Assembly (NCBI GenBank): GCA_052168235.1
Contig: JBQLZK010000005.1
Span: forward strand, 32,001 to 96,000
DNA length: 64,000 nucleotides
DNA from: Thainema sp.
Lineage (GTDB): Bacteria > Cyanobacteriota > Cyanobacteriia > Phormidesmidales > Phormidesmidaceae
Direction of reading: 5' to 3'
The translations under genes and the position numbers were made by a program. Of this stretch, positions 22,015 through 32,345 are shown piece by piece (the stretch's first letter is position 1; every line of letters starts with the position of its first letter). The notes below the pieces were generated by a model. The model did not search any database. It was not told the origin of the DNA and worked only from the letters and a program-made list of their open reading frames with translations.

Positions 22015-22338
22015 ATGACTCCAGAACTCAAAGCACGTATCGATCAGCTGGTTCAAGATAATAAGATTTTGGTGTTCATGAAAGGCACCAAGCTGATGCC
22101 TCAGTGTGGATTCTCCAATAATGTTGTTCAAATACTGAACATGATGGGTGTCCCTTATGAAACAATTGACGTATTAGAAGATTACGAAATTCGCCAGGGT
22201 ATTAAAGAATATTCTGCTTGGCCCACCATTCCTCAAGTTTATATTAATGGGGAATTTATTGGTGGTTCCGATATCTTGATTGAGCTCTATCAGAAGGGTG
22301 AGTTACAGCAAGTGCTAGAAATTGCGTTAGCGTCTTAG
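22015..22338 (+). CDS. grxD: Monothiol (CGFS) glutaredoxin
   Basis: FMKGT, PQCGFS, WPTIPQ, GGSD. Confidence 0.96.
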   Translation: MTPELKARIDQLVQDNKILVFMKGTKLMPQCGFSNNVVQILNMMGVPYETIDVLEDYEIRQGIKEYSAWPTIPQVYINGEFIGGSDILIELYQKGELQQVLEIALAS

Positions 22339-22396
22339 TACAAGCTCAATTCAAAGCAAAGTGTTTGTATCTCAGCTATATCAATAAAGCAAAATT

Positions 22397-22430
22397 AGCC
22401 GCATCTCAATAGAATCGGGATGCGGTTTTT
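22397..22430 (+). terminator. Intrinsic terminator after grxD
   Basis: AGCCGCATCTC...GGGATGCGGTT followed by a T run. Confidence 0.6.
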
Positions 22431-22591
22431 GATTGAATTAAAACTGTTTATCGATGCATTTTTCTCGAAAAAATAGTGCGTTTTATCTCTTGATGTGCAA
22501 CGAAATCCTGTGTCATTGTTAGCTATAAACTGCTATATAAGTAGGTTGGCATAGATAAACGCATTTAACGGGGGGGAGCGCCCCCGGCTTT

Positions 22592-22685
22592 TAGAGCGGT
22601 AGCCAGCTAAATTAGGACACGGAATTGTTGTGGCACGGTATCGCCACGTCACAACAATGTCCTAACCAATATGGCTACCGCTATA
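22592..22685. mobile_element. MITE-like element (~94 bp) with internal hairpin
   Basis: Ends TAGAGCGGTAGCCA / TGGCTACCGCTATA; sub-terminal TTAGGACA / TGTCCTAA; inner ATTGTTGTG...CACAACAAT. Confidence 0.7.
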
Positions 22686-22759
22686 GATTAAGCATTTATT
22701 TATATGCAGCCACTTATTATTTAGTTTTATCTATTCAATTCCGGTTGCAATGTATAGTC

Positions 22760-24523
22760 ATGCTGAAAATTCGCCAGCGACGTCGTCAACTCTGGCAGCT
22801 TTATCAGTCGCAAGGTCTCTGGGGAAGCACGATTTTTCTCCTTCAATACTTCAAGCGACATCTAATTCGCAGGGCAAATTATCAAGTTTGGATTCAGTGG
22901 AAGAATCTGGTTGACTGGCGACGGTATCGGCAGGCTGGGCAAACAATACAGCAGTTCCAGTATCGTCCTCGATTTCTAATCTTGGTGCATCCGGCATACT
23001 CAACCGACGAGCCCTTGCAGCAAACAATTGAATCGGTGAGATCGCAACTGTATCCAGACTGGTCACTTCATATGATCCAGTCCTCAGATTCGTCAGATCC
23101 CCTAACGCTGGAGCACATCCTCACCCAGGCAGACAAAGCGCAGTGTGAATATGTGCTGATGATCTCGGCTGGCGATCGGCTAGCAGCACCTGCTTTGTTT
23201 GAAGTTCTAGCGCTGATTAACCAGCAGCCTGAAGCCGACTGGATTTATAGTGATGAAGATGTTTTAACTCAAACTGGGAAACGCTCTGCTCCGTTCTTCA
23301 AACCGGACTGGTCACCAGACTATTTTCACGAGTTTCCCTATGTCGGTAATCTCAGCGTGTATCGCGTCAGCTGCTTGCGTGAGATTGCCGATTGGCAGTT
23401 AGAAGCGAAGAACTGCGATCGCACCTCCGCACTTTCTCTCACCACACCTCTCAACCCTTATCAACTCATGCTGAGCGTCGTGGAGCATACTCAGCAGATT
23501 TATCATGTGCCGAAAGTGCTTTATCATCGCTGGCAACAGTCAGACTCCTGGCATCCAGCCACATGGGTTCAGTCCCATCCCACCGAGGCTCAAGCTGCGT
23601 TAACTGCCTACTTGCAACGAAGCGCTTCCCCTGGCTGGGCCGAGCCAATGGCTACTCCCGGCCTTTTTCAGGTGCGGCGACAGTTGACCGAACAGCCGCT
23701 GATTAGCCTGATCATTCCGAGCGCAGCTAAAACTCTAAAAACACCCACTGGCCCAATCTGCCTAGTCGAGCAGTGCATTCGCAGCGTGCAAGAGCGTAGC
23801 ACCTACCGCAACTTTGAGATTGTGCTGGTAGATGGGCATGATGTGGCGGATGAGATATTGGAGAAGTTAGGTGCGATCGCAGCCAATAACCTCAAACTAG
23901 TTCGCTGTCGTGAACCGTTCAATTTTTCGCAGCGGATGAATCAAGGCATTGCCGCAGCAGCGGGTGATGTCTTGCTGATGCTCAACGACGATGTCGAAGT
24001 TTTGACCCCTAACTGGCTGGAGCTCATGCTCGAACTTGCTCAACAGCCGGAAATTGCTGCCGTCGGTGCTAAGTTATTTTATCCCAATCAAACCATTCAG
24101 CACGCAGGTGTAATTATTCCTGCGGGTAATCCGAGCCACGCTTTTGCCGGAGTTCCCGCCGCAGATCCAGGCTACTTTTATTCCAATTGGGTGACCCGAA
24201 ACTACATCGCTGTTACTGCTGCCTGTCTCATGGTTCGTCGGAATGTTTTTGAGGCTGTTGGTGGATTTGATGAGTCATTTCCACTCAACTACAACGATGT
24301 AGACCTTTGCCTCAAATTTCATCAAGCAGGATATCGCAACACATTGACTCCCCATGCGCAGCTGTTCCACTACGAATCCGCCACTCGTGATAAAGGTTTA
24401 AATCCTGGCGAACTAGAGCACTTTAATCAGCGTTGGAGCCAGTATTTTGCCCAATTTGGTACTGATCCTTATTACAATACAAACCTATATGCCTACACTC
24501 AGCATTTTGATGCCTTTCAATAA
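22760..24523 (+). CDS. Double-domain GT2 glycosyltransferase (RfbC/Mx-like)
   Basis: YSDED, FKPDWSP, FNFS, LNDDVE, AVTAACL, YNDVDLC, HYESATR; likely start ATG 22760. Confidence 0.9.
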   Translation: MLKIRQRRRQLWQLYQSQGLWGSTIFLLQYFKRHLIRRANYQVWIQWKNLVDWRRYRQAGQTIQQFQYRPRFLILVHPAYSTDEPLQQTIESVRSQLYPDWSLHMIQSSDSSDPLTLEHILTQADKAQCEYVLMISAGDRLAAPALFEVLALINQQPEADWIYSDEDVLTQTGKRSAPFFKPDWSPDYFHEFPYVGNLSVYRVSCLREIADWQLEAKNCDRTSALSLTTPLNPYQLMLSVVEHTQQIYHVPKVLYHRWQQSDSWHPATWVQSHPTEAQAALTAYLQRSASPGWAEPMATPGLFQVRRQLTEQPLISLIIPSAAKTLKTPTGPICLVEQCIRSVQERSTYRNFEIVLVDGHDVADEILEKLGAIAANNLKLVRCREPFNFSQRMNQGIAAAAGDVLLMLNDDVEVLTPNWLELMLELAQQPEIAAVGAKLFYPNQTIQHAGVIIPAGNPSHAFAGVPAADPGYFYSNWVTRNYIAVTAACLMVRRNVFEAVGGFDESFPLNYNDVDLCLKFHQAGYRNTLTPHAQLFHYESATRDKGLNPGELEHFNQRWSQYFAQFGTDPYYNTNLYAYTQHFDAFQ

Positions 24524-24537
24524 GCACGGAGATCAGT

Positions 24538-25371
24538 TTGGTTGACCTTATTTCAATTCACACACCCAAAACAGCTGGAACCTTGTTTTTTGAAGTCTTA
24601 AAGAGCGTTTATGGCGAAGAAAAAATATTTCGAGACTATTCAGGCCAGGCTCCACAGACGCATCCAAGAATCGATGCAATGACCGACGATATTCAGGTAA
24701 TTCACGGCCATTTTTGTGCCCAATGGTATGACGATTATTTCCCATCAGCAAAGCGAATCACCTGGTTGAGGCATCCAATATTTCGATTTATTTCCTTCTA
24801 CTATTTTTGGATGAGCTTGCCCTACGACGAGGATGCGGCACCATTACGAAAATATGCCCAAAATAACAATCTCAGCTTGTTAGAATTAGCAGAACATCCG
24901 AAGATGAAGAACCAAATGATGTTCAACTTTATAGGAGAATCATCACTAAAATCCTATTACTTTGTTGGCATACAAGAATTTTTCGAGGGGGATCTGCTGG
25001 AGTTGGGCAAAGCTCTGAGTTGGCCTCAGAAAGTAGTACAACATTTTAGTCAGCTAACGCCCAATAAAAATCCAAACTCTCGCTATCTGCAGTACGTCAA
25101 TGAAATACTGTCCGATCATTGTTTGGTATCTCGGCTAGTCAAAGCGTTAGAACCAGATTGTGAACTCTATCAATCAGCTTTAGAAATTCGTGCTAATCGC
25201 CGGAACGAATCGAAATTCATGCAGCAAACCTTAGCTGATTGGGAACGCTCAAGGTTCTATCTCAGTCAATATCAAAAATCCACCTCTGCCGCTCTAACCT
25301 TTAGAGCAACAGCCGAAAAAATTCGACAAACGTATTTCCGGTATAGGAATGTGAACAGGCGAAATTCATGA
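24538..25371 (+). CDS. Sulfotransferase-family protein
   Basis: IHTPKTAGT (5'-PSB loop) and WLRHPIFRFISFY (3'-PB). Confidence 0.85.
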   Translation: MVDLISIHTPKTAGTLFFEVLKSVYGEEKIFRDYSGQAPQTHPRIDAMTDDIQVIHGHFCAQWYDDYFPSAKRITWLRHPIFRFISFYYFWMSLPYDEDAAPLRKYAQNNNLSLLELAEHPKMKNQMMFNFIGESSLKSYYFVGIQEFFEGDLLELGKALSWPQKVVQHFSQLTPNKNPNSRYLQYVNEILSDHCLVSRLVKALEPDCELYQSALEIRANRRNESKFMQQTLADWERSRFYLSQYQKSTSAALTFRATAEKIRQTYFRYRNVNRRNS

Positions 25372-25570
25372 TACAGGTCATTTGCAACATTGACCGTTGA
25401 TAGGGCCTCGCATTATGCTATCTTCTCAAAGACACTCAACTGCCTACATTTCTCTCGAAGGATTCACAATTTATTTACGATCCTTTAGTAAATAGCCGGA
25501 TATTCGTCTTGAACTGCTGGAGATGGTGGTGCAGTAGCCTTTTGTAATTGGTGTGGAGTAGCTCATTCTT

Positions 25571-26746
25571 ATGTTGGCAAATCAAACAGAACAGGTTAAT
25601 ACCGATACATCTGAACCGCTTGTGTCGGTTGTTATGCCATGCCTAAACGAAGAGCAAGCCATTGGCATCTGTATCCAGAAAATCCAAACCACACTGGCAC
25701 AGGCTAATATTCCCGGTGAGATTGTTGTTTGTGACAACGGCTCAATCGATCGCTCTGTTGAAATCGCAAAGAGCATGGGCGTTCGAGTGGTGCACCAGCC
25801 GCTCCGTGGATACGGTAACGCCTACATTAAAGGTCTAAGCAGCGCCAAAGGTCGATACATCATCATGGGAGATGCAGACGATACTTACGACTTTACGCTC
25901 ATCCCCAAATTCCTAGATTTACTAATGTACAAAGGCTACGACTTCGTTACGGGTAGCCGCTACTTAACCGCAGGTGGAAAAAACATTACGCTGCTGCACC
26001 GATTCCTAGGCAATCCAGCGATCACCGGAATGCTCAACTTCCTATTCGGGACAAAGTACACCGATGTCTACTGCGGCTTCCGTGGGTTTAGCAACGAAGC
26101 ATACCAACGGATCGCGCCCGTTAGCCCCGGTATGGAGTTCAACTTGGAACTAGCTATCAATGCGGGTTTAGCCAATCTCAAGATCACCGAAATTCCCATC
26201 CATCTTGCGCCTCGAATTGGCGAGTCGAAATTGAGAACGTTCCGGGATGGTTGGCGCAGCTTGCGGATGATGCTGCTGTACTGCCCCAACAAGGTATTTC
26301 TGTGGCCAGGAACGCTATTCTTTCTGATTGGGTTAATCCTGCACTTCATTACCCTGACAGGCGCTGTGCAGTACGACGGTCGTCCATTGGGCGTGGTAAC
26401 GGGCATCTTCGCGACGATTTTCAGCGTTGTAGGTTTTGAAGTTTTCAGCTTGGGCTTACATGCCAAGACCTATTCGTGGAGCCGTCGATTCGAAAAGAGA
26501 AATTCTGCACTGCAAAAGTTCTATCGAATTTTCAACCTAGAAACAGGCTTGCTAGCTGGAGGGGGCACGGTATTAGCTGGTAGCGCCATCTTGGTTTGGC
26601 TGGTTGTAGGTTGGTTAAATTCGAACTTGACGCCGCTTGCTCATCCAGAATGGGCTTCGTTTGCGGCAACGTTGATCATTATTGGACTCGGCACTGTTTT
26701 CTCGTCGATCTTTATTTCGGCGATGTCTATCGATTCTCAAAACTAA
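25571..26746 (+). CDS. DPM1-like polyprenol-phosphate GT2 glycosyltransferase with C-terminal TMs
   Basis: VVMPCLNEE, DNGS, GYG, DADDTY, GSRY, GESKLRTFRDGWR; four C-terminal hydrophobic segments. Confidence 0.9.
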   Translation: MLANQTEQVNTDTSEPLVSVVMPCLNEEQAIGICIQKIQTTLAQANIPGEIVVCDNGSIDRSVEIAKSMGVRVVHQPLRGYGNAYIKGLSSAKGRYIIMGDADDTYDFTLIPKFLDLLMYKGYDFVTGSRYLTAGGKNITLLHRFLGNPAITGMLNFLFGTKYTDVYCGFRGFSNEAYQRIAPVSPGMEFNLELAINAGLANLKITEIPIHLAPRIGESKLRTFRDGWRSLRMMLLYCPNKVFLWPGTLFFLIGLILHFITLTGAVQYDGRPLGVVTGIFATIFSVVGFEVFSLGLHAKTYSWSRRFEKRNSALQKFYRIFNLETGLLAGGGTVLAGSAILVWLVVGWLNSNLTPLAHPEWASFAATLIIIGLGTVFSSIFISAMSIDSQN

Positions 26747-26789
26747 TGTTCAGAATTCAAAAACTGTGAACATTAGCCGTTAACAATGA

Positions 26790-27539
26790 GTGCTTAGTGA
26801 TGTTTTTGAACGGGAGGAGGATGAGAACGTGTCTGGTCTAAAAAATGTGAAAAAGTCTCCAAGTGAGTTTTACCAAAACCAGCCTGATCCGGTCAATCTC
26901 GTGAGCCGTTTGGTTTGGTACGCACGCAAGCGCATGTATCGGACTCTCATGAGGTTTGCCAAGCTGACAGCTGAGTCTACTGTTGTCGATGTTGGTGTGA
27001 CTTCAGATCGGCGTAAGGACTCCAATTTCTTCGAGCAACTTTATCCTTACTCGGATCGGGTGACAGCTGTTGGCCTAGAGGATGCCTATTTTTTAGAGCA
27101 AGAATACCCTGGGCTTAAGTATGTACAAGCTAATGGTCTTGAACTGCCCTTTGCAGACAAAACATTTGATTTAGCGACCAGTTTCGCAGTGATTGAGCAT
27201 GTCGGTAGCCGTGCCAATCAAGCCAAATTTGTGCAGGAGCTATGTCGAGTTAGCCGTGCCTGCTTTATCACCACGCCGAATCGCTGGTATCCTGTTGAAG
27301 TACATACGGTACTGCCGTTAGTTCACTGGTTACCTCCAACTTGGTTTCGCCGCATCTTAAGATGGTTGGGGCGCGATTTCTATGCTCAAGAAAAGAATTT
27401 GAATCTACTGACGGAGAAGGAGCTGCTTGCTTGCTTCCCGCCAAACTTCAAGATCTACACAGGCCACTTTCGCCTGCTGGGCTTGGTTTCAAACCTAGTG
27501 TTTTACGCGGTTGATATAGATCACGTGGCTGCTGAGTAG
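26790..27539 (+). CDS. Class I SAM-dependent methyltransferase
   Basis: VVDVGV, LPFADKTFD, VIEHVG, TTPNRWYPVEVH; exact start uncertain. Confidence 0.85.
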   Translation: MLSDVFEREEDENVSGLKNVKKSPSEFYQNQPDPVNLVSRLVWYARKRMYRTLMRFAKLTAESTVVDVGVTSDRRKDSNFFEQLYPYSDRVTAVGLEDAYFLEQEYPGLKYVQANGLELPFADKTFDLATSFAVIEHVGSRANQAKFVQELCRVSRACFITTPNRWYPVEVHTVLPLVHWLPPTWFRRILRWLGRDFYAQEKNLNLLTEKELLACFPPNFKIYTGHFRLLGLVSNLVFYAVDIDHVAAE

Positions 27540-27605
27540 TTGTCGATATTACTGAATTGAGATGACGGACTTGTTGAACCAGCACTCTATGATTTTGAGC
27601 TTTTT

Positions 27606-28556
27606 ATGAAATCAAACCGTTGGCGTGCTGCTGTTCGTGGGCTAATAGGCTTAGCGATTGGAGCCGTTTTTCTGTGGCTTTCACTGCGGCAAACGAGTCT
27701 AGATCAGGTACAAACGATTTTGATAGAAGCTAATCCTGGTCATCTCGGGTTGGCTTTATTGGCCTATTGGATTGATTTAGGTTTCAGAGTGGCGCGGTGG
27801 CGAATTTTGTTGTGGGAGATAAAACCGCTTTCCTTTCGTTCCGTCAGTCTGGGTTTAATTGTTGGTTATGCCGCCAATAATCTGCTGCCCGCTCGGTTAG
27901 GGGAGCTATTTCGGGCTGATTTTGCCGGGCGGCGATATCGTTTGTCTCGCTCAGCGGTGATTGCATCTATTTTTGTGGAACGTGTACTAGATGGTTTGGT
28001 ACTGGTTTTGTGCCTCGTCCTAGGCAGCTTATTTATTCCTGGACATCCTATATTAGAGCGCTTAACTATTCTGAGTGCTTTGATGTTTCTCGGAATTTTT
28101 GGATTGTTGTGGCTCATTAATCGCGGTTTTTTGGCGGCGCAAATTCAGGCTGTACCTGCGATCGCAAATCGTTGGCAGAGCTTTCGGGCTGGCCTGGGAA
28201 TTATGCGTGGACAGGGGGCACTGAAGGTTATTGGACTCTCTCTCATCATCTGGTTACTAGAAGGAACGGCAATCTGGCTGGTTTTACAAGCTGTGGGCGT
28301 ATCGCTGAACGGACTACAAATGTTGCCCATTGTCGGGATTACTAGCTTGAGTACGCTGATTCCGTCTGCGCCCGGATTCGTTGGCACGTACCAATACGCG
28401 TATGCTGTAGGATTACAGTTGTTTAGTTACGGTTCAGCCTTGGGAATTGCCGCAGCAACTGCGGTTCAACTTTTTCTGCTAGGCAGCGTTACAATTACCG
28501 GATTAATTCTGTATACGAGTTTGAGCATTCTGGACACCCAACGTTTTAAAAGCTGA
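27606..28556 (+). CDS. Lysylphosphatidylglycerol-synthase-TM / flippase-like membrane protein
   Basis: RVARWRILL, NNLLPARLGELFR, ERVLD, PSAPGFVGTY. Confidence 0.88.
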   Translation: MKSNRWRAAVRGLIGLAIGAVFLWLSLRQTSLDQVQTILIEANPGHLGLALLAYWIDLGFRVARWRILLWEIKPLSFRSVSLGLIVGYAANNLLPARLGELFRADFAGRRYRLSRSAVIASIFVERVLDGLVLVLCLVLGSLFIPGHPILERLTILSALMFLGIFGLLWLINRGFLAAQIQAVPAIANRWQSFRAGLGIMRGQGALKVIGLSLIIWLLEGTAIWLVLQAVGVSLNGLQMLPIVGITSLSTLIPSAPGFVGTYQYAYAVGLQLFSYGSALGIAAATAVQLFLLGSVTITGLILYTSLSILDTQRFKS

Positions 28557-28566
28557 AGTCAGACGT

Positions 28567-30516
28567 ATGAAGCCTCTAGGAAAATGGTTATGGATTGTTT
28601 GGGCTAGGGTATGCTCCTTCTTTCAAGCCTCTAGCCGTACCGTCGGTTTATCAAGTTTGATTGCATTGCTAATTGCGATCGCACTTTTCCCAACTTGGCA
28701 TCGAATTTTTACGGTACGAGATCTGCCCGTTCAAATAAAAATGGCGGCTCCTCAAGAAGAATATGTAAGAGTATATTGGGATCATCCGGAACGCCATCCA
28801 GATGCTTTTGAGCGAATTGAAGTTCGTCAAAATTTGCTTCCCAATCAAACGCTATCAAAATATAAATTTTCAGTTGTCAGAACGCCCTGGCAACGCTTAC
28901 AAATTGTTGGAGAAAATGGTACAAATTTGCGAATTCCCCTAGCACAAGTTGCAGGCAAGCAGATTCAAAAGCAGGGACAAGACTTCCAGTTACCGATATC
29001 TGTTTGGAATCGGCTTAGTCGAGCGCTTGTTACTACTGGTTTAAGCTGGGGGCTGATGACATTTTTGTTTATTAGCGTCATTCATATTTGGCAACGCAAA
29101 AGTAACGGACGATTTGGTGTAGCAACCTATATCTTGACTTTATCGATTACTCTGAGTAGCTTTTGGACGCTGCTATTTTATCCGGGAGTCCTATCTTTTG
29201 ACTCAGTTAATCACTGGGTACAAGGGCTGCAAAATGAGTATGATGCATGGTGGCCGCCTATCTTAGCTATGGTGATGCATGCCACTCAGTATTGGTCAAA
29301 AGATCCCAGCTTATTTACCTTTATCCAAGGTTTCTTATTTTGGGCATCATCTTTATATTTACTCTGGCAGATCGTTGGTAAGTCTCGCTTCTTTCTGATT
29401 AATGCTAGCTTATTCGTCTTTGTTCCACCGATATGGTTATATTCCAACGCTACGGTTTCCAATAGTTGGATGACAATATTTGTTTTGCTGTCAGCGAACT
29501 ATCTAGTACAGTTTTGTCGACAGCAAAGAAGACGCTTCTTTTTATTATCCATTTGTTTTTTATCTATTGCAATTTGCTTTAGGCGTGAGGCTATTTTTTT
29601 AGTTGCTATTCCAATCGCTATTTATCTATATTGGTCATCGAAATCGGATAGGAGCTTATCTTCAATAGGTAGACGTGGAGCAATTATTTTATCGATATTA
29701 TTATTATCCGTTATTCCAGCTGTGTTACTTTCACTAAGTCCCAATGTCTCGGGGCAGTCTCCTACAGGTTATGTTTTTCTAAGCCAGTATGCGGGTGTTT
29801 TGAGCAGGGCAAATAATCAAGCCGATTCAGAATATTTGATCAAGGAAAAACAATCTATTGACGAGAAATTTGGTGAGGGCACATTTGATGTGTTGCTAAC
29901 TAAATATAATTGTTTTGATTCAATATTAACAATTGGATACTTTAAAAAGAACAGCTTTCAGGGACGGACGAAACAGGCAGTTTTATTTGAAAATAATGAT
30001 TTCGTCCTTGGCAAAGTACTGAGCGCTGCTGCAAAGCATCCAGTTGCTTACCTTAAACATAAAGCCTGTAATTTTTCCTACACGCTGCAGAAGTCTAAGA
30101 TTACATACAATACCTGGGGGTTGATTGAGCCGGGACCGGATAAGCCAAGGGAGCGGCTTAATATTCAATTCAATAGCCAATTACCCCGTGTGAAAGCAGC
30201 CTATGTTGCGATGCTGGACAAGATGCTGAAGCATCCATTACTGTCGCTGCTGTTTCGGCACTATATTTTTCTGGCGTTATCAGTAGTATTTTTGATAGTT
30301 GGTGCTTTGACCCGCAAGCCAGAATTCCTTGTTCCATCAGCATTCAGCGTTGTATATCCAGTTGGCTTAATTATTCCCGATTCCTTTCCACACTGGCGCT
30401 ATCTCTTTGTTTGCTATGTTTTGGCCTGGATTTGTCTATTGGCCGCCGGAAATCTGTTGGTAATTTGGGGATGGCAGTGGTGGCAACGCCAGCAAGATGC
30501 ATCAGTTGACGCTTAG
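28567..30516 (+). CDS. Polytopic membrane protein, possible GT-C glycosyltransferase
   Basis: FYPGVLSFDS...WWPP loop after a TM, many TMs, C-terminal WRY; AT-rich. Confidence 0.6.
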   Translation: MKPLGKWLWIVWARVCSFFQASSRTVGLSSLIALLIAIALFPTWHRIFTVRDLPVQIKMAAPQEEYVRVYWDHPERHPDAFERIEVRQNLLPNQTLSKYKFSVVRTPWQRLQIVGENGTNLRIPLAQVAGKQIQKQGQDFQLPISVWNRLSRALVTTGLSWGLMTFLFISVIHIWQRKSNGRFGVATYILTLSITLSSFWTLLFYPGVLSFDSVNHWVQGLQNEYDAWWPPILAMVMHATQYWSKDPSLFTFIQGFLFWASSLYLLWQIVGKSRFFLINASLFVFVPPIWLYSNATVSNSWMTIFVLLSANYLVQFCRQQRRRFFLLSICFLSIAICFRREAIFLVAIPIAIYLYWSSKSDRSLSSIGRRGAIILSILLLSVIPAVLLSLSPNVSGQSPTGYVFLSQYAGVLSRANNQADSEYLIKEKQSIDEKFGEGTFDVLLTKYNCFDSILTIGYFKKNSFQGRTKQAVLFENNDFVLGKVLSAAAKHPVAYLKHKACNFSYTLQKSKITYNTWGLIEPGPDKPRERLNIQFNSQLPRVKAAYVAMLDKMLKHPLLSLLFRHYIFLALSVVFLIVGALTRKPEFLVPSAFSVVYPVGLIIPDSFPHWRYLFVCYVLAWICLLAAGNLLVIWGWQWWQRQQDASVDA

Positions 30517-30719
30517 CTTGATATTCAAATTGTGATTCAAATCATCTGAGCATTTGATGTAGGTCAAAATGGCGCTTGATGCCTATCAGGGTTTTCCCTG
30601 ATATCCGTCAGCCTAAAATGGCTGGAATCTCACAAATTCAAGCGCTTCACCGTCACAAGCTAGTTTGGGTTTTCCTGGCATTCTAATAAGTGTTGATGTA
30701 CTGCTTATTGGAATCCGCC

Positions 30720-31007
30720 ATGACTACTCACCATTCGTCCAGTGCCACGGTTGATTTGCTGACTCTAACCAAAGAAGAGCAATCGATGAATCTGAGTTTG
30801 CTGATTGCCCGGAAACTCGCAGCCGTGTATTGGCGGCGACTGGTTAGGCTCGGTGTTCCGGTTGAAGATGCAATGTACATTGCGATCGCAGTTGCCAAGT
30901 TCGATGTTGCGAACAAGCAGCCGCGCCCCAAGTACCGCAATTTGATTGGCAAATACTGTTCCCATATTTGTCGGGCTGAACTCTGGCGACCGGGTCTGTT
31001 GGTATGA
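30720..31007 (+). CDS. Small basic hypothetical protein (start may be 30786)
   Basis: Open frame, protein-like composition; no recognisable domain. Confidence 0.5.
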   Translation: MTTHHSSSATVDLLTLTKEEQSMNLSLLIARKLAAVYWRRLVRLGVPVEDAMYIAIAVAKFDVANKQPRPKYRNLIGKYCSHICRAELWRPGLLV

Positions 31008-31296
31008 GAGGATACAGTCGTATGAGACGATAGCAAAAGCGCTAAACTTGGCAGCAATCCCAGTTCTCCATTTGGTTATAACTACACAACTTGGTTGTCG
31101 CTGAATTGGGGTTGATCACGGAGCCAGCTAAAATCGTCGTGCTTTTTCGAACTCGTAAAAACGCCGACTGAACTTGAAGAAATCATATAGCCACTTAGAC
31201 TGTCGATGTTTCCTGGAGAAAAGGTGGGCAGACTAAGAAGACGGCAAGCGCTTTTGACCGTACCGATCGAACCTTGAGTAGGAGTTAACTGACTAT

Positions 31297-32169
31297 ATGA
31301 CTGCTGTTAGCACCACGTGGCAGCACCACTTTGTCGATACCAATCAAATTCGCCTCCACTGTGTTACCCAGGGAGAAGGAGAACTCGTTGTTCTTCTACA
31401 CGGATTTCTGGAGTTTTGGTATTCGTGGCGGCATCAACTACCTGCACTTTCTCCTCACTTTAAGGTTGTCATTCCCGATTTACGGGGTTACAACGACTCT
31501 GATAAACCCAGTGATGGGTATGACTTAGACACCCTGAGCCAAGATATTCGTGGTTTGATTGAGGCGCTGGGCTATCAAAAAGCACATATCGTTGGTCATG
31601 ACTGGGGTGGTGCGATCGCATGGCATTTGGCCCAACAGTTTCCAGCGGTGATTGATCGGCTAGCCATATTAGGCGCACCCCATCCACATCGGTTCCGGCA
31701 GGAACTAATTAGCAATCTCGATCAGCTCCGTCGCAGTTGGTATCTGCTAGCGATGCAAATGCCAGGGCTACCGGAATGGCTGATCCGCCAGAATTTGGGT
31801 CAAATTGTGCGATCGCTGTTTCAAGATCAGGCGGTTCGCAAAGGCGCATTTACCACTCAAGACACAGAACTCTACCAAGCGGCACTGGAAAAACCCGGCG
31901 CACTCGCTGCTGCCATGCGGTACTATCGCCAGTTTCTCTCGATTCCAGACTGGCTCAAGCACTGGAACCGCACTCCTGCTCGTATTCAAAGCCCAACATT
32001 AGTGCTGTGGGGCGAGGAAGATCCGCTGTTAAGCAAAACGCTGCTTCAGGGAGTGGAGAAGTTTGTGGCCGCACCGCTGCAGCTGAAGCTTGTACCCTAT
32101 TGCGGACACTGGATTCAGCAAGAAGTCCCCAAAACGGTGAACCGAGAACTGCTCGATTTTCTCCGCTAG
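31297..32169 (+). CDS. Alpha/beta hydrolase (epoxide hydrolase-like)
   Basis: LLHGFLEFWYSW, DLRGY, GHDWGG, GHW; AGGAG RBS. Confidence 0.92.
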   Translation: MTAVSTTWQHHFVDTNQIRLHCVTQGEGELVVLLHGFLEFWYSWRHQLPALSPHFKVVIPDLRGYNDSDKPSDGYDLDTLSQDIRGLIEALGYQKAHIVGHDWGGAIAWHLAQQFPAVIDRLAILGAPHPHRFRQELISNLDQLRRSWYLLAMQMPGLPEWLIRQNLGQIVRSLFQDQAVRKGAFTTQDTELYQAALEKPGALAAAMRYYRQFLSIPDWLKHWNRTPARIQSPTLVLWGEEDPLLSKTLLQGVEKFVAAPLQLKLVPYCGHWIQQEVPKTVNRELLDFLR

Positions 32170-32227
32170 TTTAATAAAAATAGCCAGCCTGCCGTCGCAC
32201 CACAGCGGCAAGCTGGCCGTTCTAGGT

Positions 32228-32318
32228 TAGGACTTACGCACAGCGAACGAAAACTTAGATCTTGAATGATTTTTGGGGCGCGGAGCACCTCAAAAATCAT
32301 TCAGTTGCGTAAGCCCTA
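32228..32318. mobile_element. MITE-like element (~91 bp) with TA ends and internal hairpin
   Basis: TAGGACTTACGCA...TGCGTAAGCCCTA (12/13 inverted); inner TGAATGATTTTTG...CAAAAATCATTCA. Confidence 0.75.
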
Positions 32319-32345
32319 GAGGTCTTAAGGCAATTCAACTGCTAA

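Noticed and set aside
22625..22759. N-terminal extension of the GT2 ORF
   Set aside because: Begins inside the MITE-like element; ATG 22760 is more plausible
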